Origin: Octopus vulgaris
Lineage: Eukaryota
Assembly (NCBI GenBank): GCA_951406725.2
Contig: OX597815.1
Coordinates: 215,538,708-215,602,707, forward strand
Reading direction: 5' to 3'
Length of the DNA stretch: 64,000 bases
This document shows positions 45,318-56,230 of this stretch, one piece after another. Made by a program: the position numbers and the translations under genes. Under the pieces are notes generated by a model, which had not been told where the DNA came from, made no database searches, and saw nothing but the letters and a program-made list of their open reading frames with translations. Numbering within the stretch: position 1 is the first letter of the stretch; each line of letters begins with the position of its first letter.

Positions 45318-48300
45318 GAGATCGAGAAAATGACTTAGCGGACTGCTAAACGAGATGAAAATATGACTTAGCGGACCACCAAACGAGATCGATAAAATGA
45401 TTTAATGGACCGCCAAACGAGATCGATAAAATGACTGAGCGGACCGCCAATCGAGACGGATAAAATGAACTAGCTGGCCGCCAAACGAGATCGATAAAAT
45501 GATTTAATGGACCGCCAAACGAGATCTATAAAATGACTGCACGGACCGCCAATCGAGACAGATAAAATGACCTAGCGGGCCGCCAAAGGAGATCGATAAA
45601 ATAAATTAGCAGATGACGGAACGAGATCTATAAAATGACTTAGTGGACCGCTAAACGAGATCGACAAAATGACCTAGCGGACCGCCAAAATTGATCGATA
45701 AAATGAATTAGCGGACCGCCAAACGAGATCGAGAAAATGACTTAGCGGACCGCCAATCGAGACGGATAAAATGACCTAGCGGAAAGCCAAACGAGATCGA
45801 TAATATGACATAGTGGACCACCAAAGAAGATCGATAGAATGACTTAGTGGACCACAAAACGACATCGATAAAATGACTTTGCGGACCACGAAACGTTATC
45901 GATAAAATGACTTAGCGGAGCGCTAAACGAGATCGATAAAATGACCTAGCGGACCGCTAATTGAGATGGATAAACTGACCTAGCGGGCCGCCAAACGAGA
46001 TCGATAAAATGACTTAGCACACGACGTAAGGAGATCGATAAAATGACCCTAGCGGACCACCAAACAAGATCGATAAAATGACTTAGCGGACCACTAAACG
46101 AGATCGATAAAATGACTTAGCGGACCGCCAATCGTGACGGATAGAATGACCTAGCGGACTGCCAAACGAGATCGATAAAATGACCTAGTGGACCGCCAAA
46201 AGAGATCGATAAAATGACCGAGCGGACCATGAAACGAGATCGATAAAATGAATTAGCGGACCAATAAACGACATCGATAAAATGACTTAGCGGACCACCA
46301 AACAAGATCGATAGAATGACTTAGTGGACCACAAAACGACATCGATAAAATGACTTTGCGGACCACGAAACGTTATCGATAAAATGACTTAGCGGAGCGC
46401 TAAACGAGTTCGATAAAATGACCGAGTGGACCGCCAAACGAGTTCGATAAAATGACTTAGCGGACCGCTTAACGAGATCAAAAAATGACTTAGCGGACCA
46501 CCAAACGACATCGATAAAATGATTTAGTGGACCGCCAAACGAGATCGATAAAATGACTTAGCGGACCGCTAATTGAGACGGATAAAATGACCTAGCGGGC
46601 CCCCAAACGAGATCGATAAAATGACTTAGCACACGACGAAAGGAGATCGATAAAATGACCCGGGCGGACCACCAAACAAGATCGATAAAATGACTTAGCG
46701 GACCACTAAACAAGATCGATAAAATGACTTAGCGGACCGCCAATCGTGATGGATAAAATGACCTAGCGGACTGCCAAACGAGATCGATAAAATGACCTAG
46801 TGGACCGCCAAAAGAGATCGATAAAATGACCGAGCGGACCACCGAACGAGATCGATAAAATGAATTAGCGGACCAATAAACGACATCGATAAAATGACTT
46901 AGCGGACCACCAAACGACATCGATAAAATGATTTAGCGGACCAATAAACGACATCGATAAAATTACTTAGCGGACCACCAAACGAGATCAAAAAAATGAC
47001 CTAGCAGACCGCCAAAAAAGATCGATAAAATGAGTTAGCGGACAGCCAAACGAGATCGATAAAATGACATAGCAGACCGACAATCGAGACGGATACAATG
47101 ACCTAGCGGACGGCCAAACGAGATCGATAAAATGACTTAGCGGACCGCTAATTGAGACGGATAAAATGACCTAGCGGGCCGCCAAACGAGATCGATAAAA
47201 TGACTTAGCACACGACGAAAGGAGATCGATAAAATGACCCTAGCGGACCACCAAACAAGATCGATAAAATGACTTAGCGGACCACTAAACGAGATCGATA
47301 AAATGGCTTAGCGGACCGCCAATCGTGACGGATAAAATGACCTAGCGGACTGCCAAACGAGATCGATAAAATGACCTAGTGGACCGCCAAAAGCGATCGA
47401 TAAAATAACCGAGCGGACCATGAAACGAGATCGGTAAAATGAAATAGCGGACCACCACACAAGATCGATAGAATGACTTAGTGGACCACAAAACGACATC
47501 GATAAAAAGACTTTGCGGACCACGAAACGTTATCGATAAAATGACTTAGCGGACCGCTAAACGAGATCGATAAATTGACCGAGTGGACCGCCAAACGAGT
47601 TCGATAAAATGACTTAGCGGACCGCTAAACGAGATCAAAAAATGACTTAGCGGACCACCAAACGACATCGATAAAATGATTTAGTGGACCGCCAAACGAG
47701 ATTGATAAAATGACTTAGCGGACCGCTAATTGAGACGGATAAAATGACCTAGCGGGCCGCCAAACGAGATCGATAAAATGACGTAGCACACGACGAAAGG
47801 AGATCGATAAAATGACACTAGCGGACCACCAAACAAGATCGATAAAATGACTTAGCGGACCACTAAACGAGATCGATAAAATGACTTGGGGGAACGCCAA
47901 TCGTGACGGATAAAATGACCTAGCGGACCAATAAACGACATCGATAAAATGACTTAGCGGACCACCAAACGAGATCGATAAAATGATTTAGCGGACCGCT
48001 AATTGAGACGGACAAATTGACCTAGCGGGCCGCCAAACGAGATCGATAAAATGACTTAGCGGACCACCAAACGAGATCAACAAAATGACCTAGCAGACCG
48101 CCAAAAGAGATCGATAAAATGAGTTAGCGGACAGCCAAACGAGATCGATAAAATGACTTAGCGGACCGACAATCGAGACGGATAAAATGACCTAGCGGAC
48201 CGCCAAACGAGATCGATAAAATGACATAGCGGACCACCAAACGAGATCGATAAAATGAGTTAGCAGACAGCCAAACGAGATCGATAAAATGACTTAGCAG

Positions 48301-51300
48301 ACCGACAATCGAGACGGATACAATGACCTAGCGGACCGCCAAACGAGATCGATAAAATGACATAGCGGACCACCAAACGAGATCGATAAAATGAATTAGC
48401 GGACTACCAAACGAGATCGTTAAAATGACATAGTGGACCGCTAAACGAGATCAACAAAATGACCTAGCAGACCGCCAAAAGAGATCGATAAAATGAATTA
48501 GCGGACCAGCAAACGAGATCGATAAAATGACTTAGCACACGACGAAAGGAGATCGATAAAATGACTTAGCGGACCACTAAACGAGATCGATAAAATGACT
48601 TAGCGGACCGCGAATCGTGACGGATAAAATGACCTAGCGGACAGCCAAACGAGATCGATAGAATGACTTAGTGGAACGCCAAAAGATATCGACAAAATGA
48701 CTGATCGGACCACCAAACGAGATCGATAAAATGAATTAGCAGACCAATAAACGAGATCGATAAAATGACATTAGCGAACTGCTAAACATGATCGACAAAA
48801 TGAATGAGTGGACCGCCAAACGAGATCGATAAAATGAGCAAGTGGACCGCCAAACGAGATCGATAAAATGACAGCGGACCGCCAAACGAGATCGATAAAA
48901 TGATTTAGTGGACCAATAAACGAGATCGATAAAATGACATTAGCGGAACGCTAAACGTGATCGACAAAATGACTGAGCGAACCGCCAAACGAGATCGATA
49001 AAATGACCTAGTGGACCGCCAAACGAGATCGATAAAATGACTTGGCGGACCGCCAATCGAGACGGATAAAATGACCTAGCGGACCACCAAACTTGATCGA
49101 TAAAATGACATAGTGGACCACCAAACGAGTTCGATAAAATGAATTAGCGGACCACGAATCGAGGTCGATAAAATGACTTAGTGGACCGCAAAACGAGATC
49201 GATAAAATGACCGAGGGGACCGCCCAACGAGATCGATAAAATGACTTAGCGGACCGCTAAACGAGATCAAAATATGACCTAGCGGACCACCAAACGAGAT
49301 CGATAAAATGATTTAATGGACCGCCAAACGAGATCGATAAAATGACTGAGCGGATCGCCAATCGAGACGGATAAAATGAACTAGCGGGCCGCCAAACGAG
49401 ATCGATAAAATGATTTAATGGACCGCCAAACGAGATCGATTAAATGACTGAGCGGACCGCCAATCGAGACGGATAAAATGACCTAGCGGGCCGCCAAACG
49501 AGATCGATAAAATAACTTAGCAGATGACGGAACGAGATCGATAAAATTGACTTAGCGGACCACTAAACGAGATCGATAAAATGACTTAGCGCACCACCAA
49601 ACGCGATTGATAAAATGAAATAGCGGAACGCTAAACGAGATCGACTAAATGACCTAGCGGACCGCCAAAACAGATCGATAAAATGAGTTAGTGGACAGCC
49701 AAACGAGATCGATAAAATGACTGAGCGGACCGACAATCGCGACGGATAAAATGATCGATAAAATGAATTAGCCGACCACCATACGAGATCGATAAAATGA
49801 ATTAGCGGACCAATAAACGAGATCGATAAAATGACATTAGCGGACCGCTAAACGTGATCGACAAAATGACTGAGCGGACCGCCAAACGAGATCGATAAAA
49901 TTACAGCGGACCGCCAAGCGAGATCGATAAAATGACTTACTGGACCGCGAAATGAGATCGATAAAATGACTTATCGGACCGCCAATCGAGGCGGATAAAA
50001 TGACCTAGCGGACCGCCAAACGAAATCGATAAAATGACATAGCGGACCACTAAACGAGATCGATAAAAAGAATTAGCGGACCACCAAACGAGATCGATAA
50101 AATGACTTAGTGGACCGAAAAACGAGATCGATAAAATGACTTAGCGGACCACGAAACGTTATCGATAAAATGACTTAGCGGACCACCAAAAGAGATCGAT
50201 AAAATGAATTAGTGGACCGCCAAACTAGATCGATAAAATGATTTAGCAGACGACGAAACGAGATCAATAAAATGACTTAGCGGACCACCAAACGAGATCG
50301 ATAAAATGACTGAGCGGACCACCAAACGAGATCGATAAAACGATTTAGCGGACCGCTAAACGAGATCGACAAAATGACAGAGCGAACCGCCAAAAGAGAT
50401 CGATAAAATGAATTAGCGGACCGCCAAACGAGATCGATTAAATGACTTAGCGGACCGCCGATCGAGACGGATAAAATGACCTAGTGGACTGCCAAACGAG
50501 ATCGATAAAATGACATAGCGGACCACCAAATGAGATCGATAAAATGAATTAGCGCACCACCAAACGAGATCGATAAAATGACATTAGCGGACCGCTAAAC
50601 GTGATCGACAAAATGACTGAGCGGACCGCCAAACGAGATCGATAAAATGAGCAAGTGGACCGCCAAACGAGATCGATAAAATGACAGCGGACCGCCAAAC
50701 GAGATCGATAAAATGACTTAGTGGACTGTTAAACGAGATTGATAAAATGACTTATCGGACCGCCAATCGAGACGGATAAAATGACCTAGCGGACCGCCAA
50801 ACGAAATCGATAAAATGACATAGCGGACCACCAAACGAGATCGATAAAAAGAGTTAGCGGACCACCAAACGAGATCGATAAAATGACTTAGTGGACCGCA
50901 AAACGAGATCGATAAAATGACTTAGCGGACCACGAAACGTTATCGATAAAATGACTTAGCGGACCGCTAAACGGGATCGATAAAATGACCGAGTGGACCG
51001 CCAAACGAGATCGATAAAATGAATTAGCGGACCAATAAAATAAAATGAATTAGCGGACCAATAAAGTAAAATGATATAGCGGACCGCCTAACGTGATCGA
51101 CAAAATGATCCAGCGGACCGCCAAACAAGATCGATAAAATGACTTAGTGGACCCCCAAACGAGATCGATAAAATGACTTAGCGGACCGCCAATCGTGACG
51201 GATAAAATGACCTAGCGGACCGCCAAACGATATCGATAAAATGACCTAGTGGACCGCCAAAAGAGATCGATAAAATGATCGAGCGGACCACCAAACGAGA

Positions 51301-53022
51301 TCGATAAAATGAAAATAGCGGACCAATAAACGAGATCGATAAAATGACTTAGCGGACCGCTAAACGAGATCGACAAAATGACTGAGCGGACCACCAAACG
51401 AGATCGATTTATGACCAAGTGGACCACCAAACGAGATCGATAAAATTACAGCGGACCGCCAAACGAGATCGATAAAATGACTTAGCGGACCGCCAAACGA
51501 GATCGATAAAATGACTTAGCGGACCACGAAACATTATCGACAAAATGACATAGCGGAGCGCTAAATGAGATCAATAAAATGACCGACTGGACGGACAAAC
51601 GAGATCGATACAATGACTTAGTGGACTGCCATAAGAGATCGATAAAATGACCGAGCGGACCACCAAACGAGATCGATTAAATGAAGTAGTGGACCAATAA
51701 ACGAGATCAATAAAATGAATTAGCGGACCGCTAAACAAGATCGACAAAATAACTGAGCGGACCACCAAACGAGATCGATAATATGACCAAGTGGACCACC
51801 AAACGAGATCGATAAAATGACAGCGGACCGCCAAACAAGATCGATAAAATGACCTAGTGGACCACCAAACAAGATCGATAAAATGACTTAGCGGACCACC
51901 AAACGAGATCGATAAAATGATTTAGCGGACCGCTAAACGAGATCAACAAAATGAGCTAGCAGACCGCCAAAAGAGATCGATAAAATGAATTAGCGGACCA
52001 ATAAACGAGATCGATAAAATGACATTAGCGGACCGCTAAACGTGAGTGACAAAATGACTGAGCGAACCGCCAAACGAGATCGATAAAATGACCTAGTGGA
52101 CCGCCAAACGAGATCGATAAAATGACTTAGCGGACCGCCAATCGAGACGGATAAAATGACCTAGGGGACCGCCAAACGAGATCGATAAAATGATTTAGCG
52201 GACCGCTAAACGAGATCAACAAAATGAACTAGCAGACCGCCAAAAGAGATCGATAAAATGAATTAGCGGGGCACCAAACGAGATCGATAAAATGAATTAG
52301 CGGACCACCAGACGAAATCGATAAAATGACTTAGTGGACCGCAAAACGAGATCGATAAAATGACTTAGCGGACCACGAAACGTTATCGATAAAATGACTT
52401 AGCGGACCGCTAAACGAGATCGATAAAATGACCGAGTGGATCGCCAAACGAGATCGATAAAATGAATTAGCGGACCGCTAAACGAGATCAAAATATGACT
52501 TAGCGGACCACCAAACGAGATCGATAAAATGATTTAATGGACCGCCAAACGAGATCGATAAAATGACTGAGCGGACCGCCAATCGAGACGGATAAAATGA
52601 TCTAGCGGGCCGCCAAACGAGATCGATAAAATAACTTAGCAGATGACGGAACGAGATCGATAAAATGACTTAGCGGACCACCAAACGAGATCGATAAAAT
52701 TGACTTAGCGGACCACTAAACGAGATCGATAAAATGACTTAGCGCACCACCAAACGAGATCTATAAAATGACCTTAGCGGACCGCTAAACGAGATCGACA
52801 AAATGAACTAGCGGACCGCCAAAAGAGATCTATGAAATGAGTTAGCGGACAGCCAAACGAGATCGATAAAATGACTTAGCGGACCGACAATCGAGACGGA
52901 TAAAATGACCTAGCAGACCGCCAAACGAGATCGATAAAATGATATAGCGGACCACCAAACGAGATCGATAAAATGAATTAGCGGACCACCAAACGAGATC
53001 GATAAAATGAGTTAGCGGACAG

Positions 53023-53026
<4 letters not shown>
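45318..53026. repeat. 34-bp tandem satellite/minisatellite array (~227 diverged monomers, higher-order structure)
   Basis: Consensus ACTTAGCGGACCGCCAAACGAGATCGATAAAATG; period 34 (e.g. 45421 to 45455); recurring variant monomers. Confidence 0.98.

Positions 53027-53105
<79 letters not shown>
53026..53105. repeat. (TA)n microsatellite, ~40 units
   Basis: Pure AT dinucleotide run between the 34-bp array and the LINE. Confidence 0.98.
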
Positions 53106-53109
<4 letters not shown>

Positions 53110-54195
53110 ACGTACACAGAAGAATTCAATGTAGAGGTTGGGGTCCACCAGGGTTCAGTACTCAGCCCCCTCCTATTTATCATAGTCCTCCAGGCAATAA
53201 CGGAGGAATTCAAGACAGGTTGTCCCTGGGAGCTCCTCTACGCTGACGACCTTGCTCTAATTGCTGAGTCACTATCAGAACTGGAGGAGAAGTTCCAGGT
53301 GTGGAAGGTGGGTTTAGAATCGAGGGGCCTTAGAGTCAACCTAGCTAAAACCAAAGTCCTAATAAGTAGGAAGGCACGCAAACCACAAATCCCTTCAGGT
53401 AGATGGCTCTGCTCGATCTGTAGTAGAGGCGTCGGTAGAAGCTCTATAAGATGTACCCAGTGTAAGCTATGGACACATAAGAGGTGCAGCAATGTCAAAG
53501 GTAGGCTAACTGGGAAGATAGTTTTTGTATGTGGCAGATGCTCGGGAGCATTAACCTCCGAAAATCTGCAGAAAACAACTTCCGTGACTTTCGAGGGGGA
53601 AAAACTAGAAGTAGGTGATAGCTTCCATTATCTAGGTGACCAAGTCAGTAGTGGGGGTGGGTGCGCTGAAAGTGTAACTGCTAGAATAAGAATAGCCTGG
53701 GCAAAGTTTAGGGAGCTCTTACCTCTGCTGGTGACTAAAGGCCTCTCGCAAAGAATAAAAGGCAGACTGTATGATGCATGTGTACGAACAGCCATGCTAC
53801 ATGGCAGTGAAACATGGGCCGTGACTGCTGAGGACATGCGTAAGCTCGCGAGGAATGAAGCCAGTATGCTCCGATGGATGTGTAATGTCTGTGTACATAC
53901 TCGACAGAGCGTTAGTACCTTGAGAGAAATGTTGTACCTAAGAAGCATCAGTTGTGGTGTGCAAGAGAGACGATTGCGCTGGTATGGTCATGTGGCGAGA
54001 ATGGATGAAGATAGGTGTGTGAGAAAGTGCCAATCCCTAGCAGTTGAGGGAACCCGTGGAAGAGGTAGACCCAGGAAAACCTGGGACGAGGTAGTGAAGC
54101 ACGACCTTCGAACTTTAGGCCTCACTGAGGAAATGACCAGCGACCAAGACCTTTGGAAATATGCTGTACGTGAGAAGACCAGGCAGGACAAGTGA
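53104..54195 (+). pseudogene. Truncated RTE reverse transcriptase ORF (C-terminal ~360 aa, no stops); N-terminal RT and endonuclease missing
   Basis: Motifs GVHQGSVLSPLLF, LLYADDLAL (YADD at 53239-53250), GLRVNLAKTKVL, FHYLG, RRLRWYGHVARM, RGRGRPRKTW. The initiating ATG lies in the flanking microsatellite/TSD, so it is not the native start. Confidence 0.93.
53410..53541 (+). other. PHD-type zinc finger (C4HC3) encoded inside the RT ORF
   Basis: CSIC-x10-CTQC-x4-H-x2-C-x14-CGRC, with W two residues before the His and F two residues before the last Cys pair. Confidence 0.8.
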
Positions 54196-54282
54196 GCCCA
54201 GCCCACTTATGAATGCCTTTCCTCCCTTGGACACAAAGACCTGTTGAGGCAAGCGAAGTCGATATAGAACCTCATCCGACAA

Positions 54283-55054
54283 CAGGCACCCATGCCAACC
54301 CCCCTTGCTTGCGAAGACATGTTGGGGCAAGCGAAAGCGAAATCGAAATCGAATTGAACCAGCCAGGATCCCTGGTCTGGTGGTACGTAAAAGCACTATC
54401 CGACTCGTGGCCGATGCCAGCGCCACCTCCACTGGCTTCCGTGACGGTGGCACGTAAAATACACCAATCCGACCGTACGACAGGCACCCATGCCAACCCC
54501 CTTTGCTTGCGAAGACATGTTGAGGCAAGCGAAATCGAAATCGAATTGAACCAGCCAGGATCCCTGGTCTGGTGGTACGTAAAAAGCAATATCAGACTCG
54601 TGGCCGATGCCAGCACCGCATCGACTGGCTTCCGTGCCGGTGGCACATAAAATACACCAATCCGACCGTACGACAGGCACCCATGCCAACCCCCTTTGCT
54701 TGCGAAGACATGTTGGGGCAAGCGAAATCGAAATCGAATTGAACCAGCCAGGATCCCTGGTCTGGTGGTACGTAAAAAGCAATATCAGACTCGTGGCCGA
54801 TGCCAGCGCCGCCTCCACTGGCTTCCGTGCCGGTGGCACGTAAAATACATCAATCCGACCGTACGACAGGCACCCATGCCAACCCCCTTTGCTTGCGAAG
54901 ACATGTTGGGGCAAGCGAAATCGAAATCGAATTGAACCAGCCAGGATCCCTGGTCTGGTGGTACGTAAAAGCACTATCCGACTCGTGGCCGATGCCAGCA
55001 CCGCATCGACTGGCTTCCGTGCCGGTGGCACATAAAATACACCAATCCGACCGT
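54283..55054 (+). repeat. Four tandem ~193-bp units in the LINE 3' UTR
   Basis: CAGGCACCCATGCCAACCCCC begins at 54283, 54481, 54674 and 54867 (spacings 198, 193, 193). Confidence 0.95.
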
Positions 55055-55268
55055 GGCCGTTGCCAGCCTCGCCTGGCACCTGTGCAGGTGGCACGTAAAA
55101 AGCACCCACTACACTCACGGAGTGGTTGGCGTTAGGAAGGGCATCCAGCTGTAGAAACATTGCCAGATAAGACTGGAGCCCGGTGCAGCCTTCTGGCTTC
55201 CCAGATCCCCGGTCGAACCGTCCAACCCATGCTAGCATGGAGAACGGACGTTAAACGATGATGATGAT

Positions 55269-55310
55269 ATATATATATATATGTATACATATATATATAT
55301 ATATATATGT

Positions 55311-55366
<56 letters not shown>
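55269..55366. repeat. Compound (AT)n microsatellite with GTATAC interruptions
   Basis: Direct reading; its start forms the right copy of the LINE TSD. Confidence 0.95.
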
Positions 55367-55370
<4 letters not shown>

Positions 55371-55530
55371 AGGAGTGGCTGTGTGGTAAGTAGCTTGCTA
55401 ACCAACCACATGGTTCCGGGTTCAGTCCCACTGCGTGGCATCTTGGGCAAGTGTCTTCTGCTATAGCCCCGGGCCGACCAATGCCTTGTGAGTGGATTTG
55501 GTAGACGGAAACTGAAAGAAGCCTGTCGTG

Positions 55531-55566
<36 letters not shown>

Positions 55567-55787
55567 CGTTTGTGTGTCTGTGTTTGTCCCCCTAGCATTG
55601 CTTAACAACCGATGCTGGTGTGTTTACGTCCCCGTCACTTAGCGGTTCGGCAAAAGAGACTGATAGAATAAGTACTGGGCTTACAAAAGAATAAGTACCG
55701 GGGTCGAGTTGCTCGATTAAAGGTGGTGCTCCAGCATGGCCGCAGTCAAATGACTGAAACAAGTAAAAGAGAGTAAGAGTAAAAAGA

Positions 55788-55790
<3 letters not shown>
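55367..55790 (+). mobile_element. Full-length bipartite tRNA-derived SINE with internal (TA)n(TG)n tract (resembles octopus OR-type/CORE-like SINEs)
   Basis: A-box-like TGGCTGTGTGG (55376-55386); B-box-like GGTTCAGTCCC (55419-55429); TTGGGCAAGT after the head; internal microsatellite 55529-55566; 3' half ending in a GAGTAA(A)-type tail. Homologous copies occur elsewhere in the window. The family name is from recall, not a search. Confidence 0.85.
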
Positions 55791-55827
<37 letters not shown>

Positions 55828-55948
55828 ACATATATATATATACACATATATATATACCGGAGTAAACACATAAATGTGAAACAAGGTGGAAAAAAGAGTA
55901 CTCAAATACCAGTGGTAGAGTAATATGCTTTATTTTCTGCTGCTTAAA

Positions 55949-55949
<1 letters not shown>

Positions 55950-55983
<34 letters not shown>

Positions 55984-56037
55984 TGTATGTATACATATAT
56001 ATATGTATACATATATATATGTATACATATATATATG

Positions 56038-56103
<66 letters not shown>

Positions 56104-56182
56104 TGTATGTATACATATATATATGTATACATATATATATGTATACATATATATATATATGTATACATATATATATGTATAC

Positions 56183-56225
<43 letters not shown>

Positions 56226-56230
56226 TATAT
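55950..56230. repeat. Compound AT/GTATAC microsatellite with a 120-bp internal duplication
   Basis: GCATGTATGTATACATAT... at both 55981 and 56101. Confidence 0.9.

Larger units (their letters stand above)
53112..55268 (+). mobile_element. 5'-truncated RTE-clade non-LTR retrotransposon (LINE) with (GAT)4 tail and ~20-bp TSD
   Basis: Partial RT ORF with RTE-type C-terminus; ~1.07-kb 3' UTR ending ...GGACGTTAAAC(GAT)4 (55257-55268); flanked by the direct repeat ATATATATATATATGTATAC at 53092-53111 and 55269-55288. Confidence 0.92.

Noticed and set aside
45318-53026. CRISPR-like appearance (34-bp palindromic repeat)
   Set aside because: Units are head-to-tail with no unique spacers, there are no cas genes, and the context is eukaryotic.
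46117-53213. Minus-strand ORFs in the 34-bp array
   Set aside because: Chance open frames in tandem repeat and microsatellite; useful only as markers of higher-order periodicity.
54293-54340. Pseudoknot or HDV-like ribozyme from CCAAC/GTTGG plus GCTTGC/GCAAGC
   Set aside because: The linker is too short for both stems to coexist and no P1.1/P3 arrangement is evident; treated as a simple hairpin.
53238-55238. Antisense and 3'-UTR ORFs overlapping the LINE (up to 280 aa)
   Set aside because: Shadow frames of the RT ORF or of the GC-rich tandem repeat; repetitive with no recognisable domain.
55367-55440. tRNA gene
   Set aside because: A/B boxes are present but it continues into a repeated SINE body and lacks a convincing cloverleaf; it is a SINE head.
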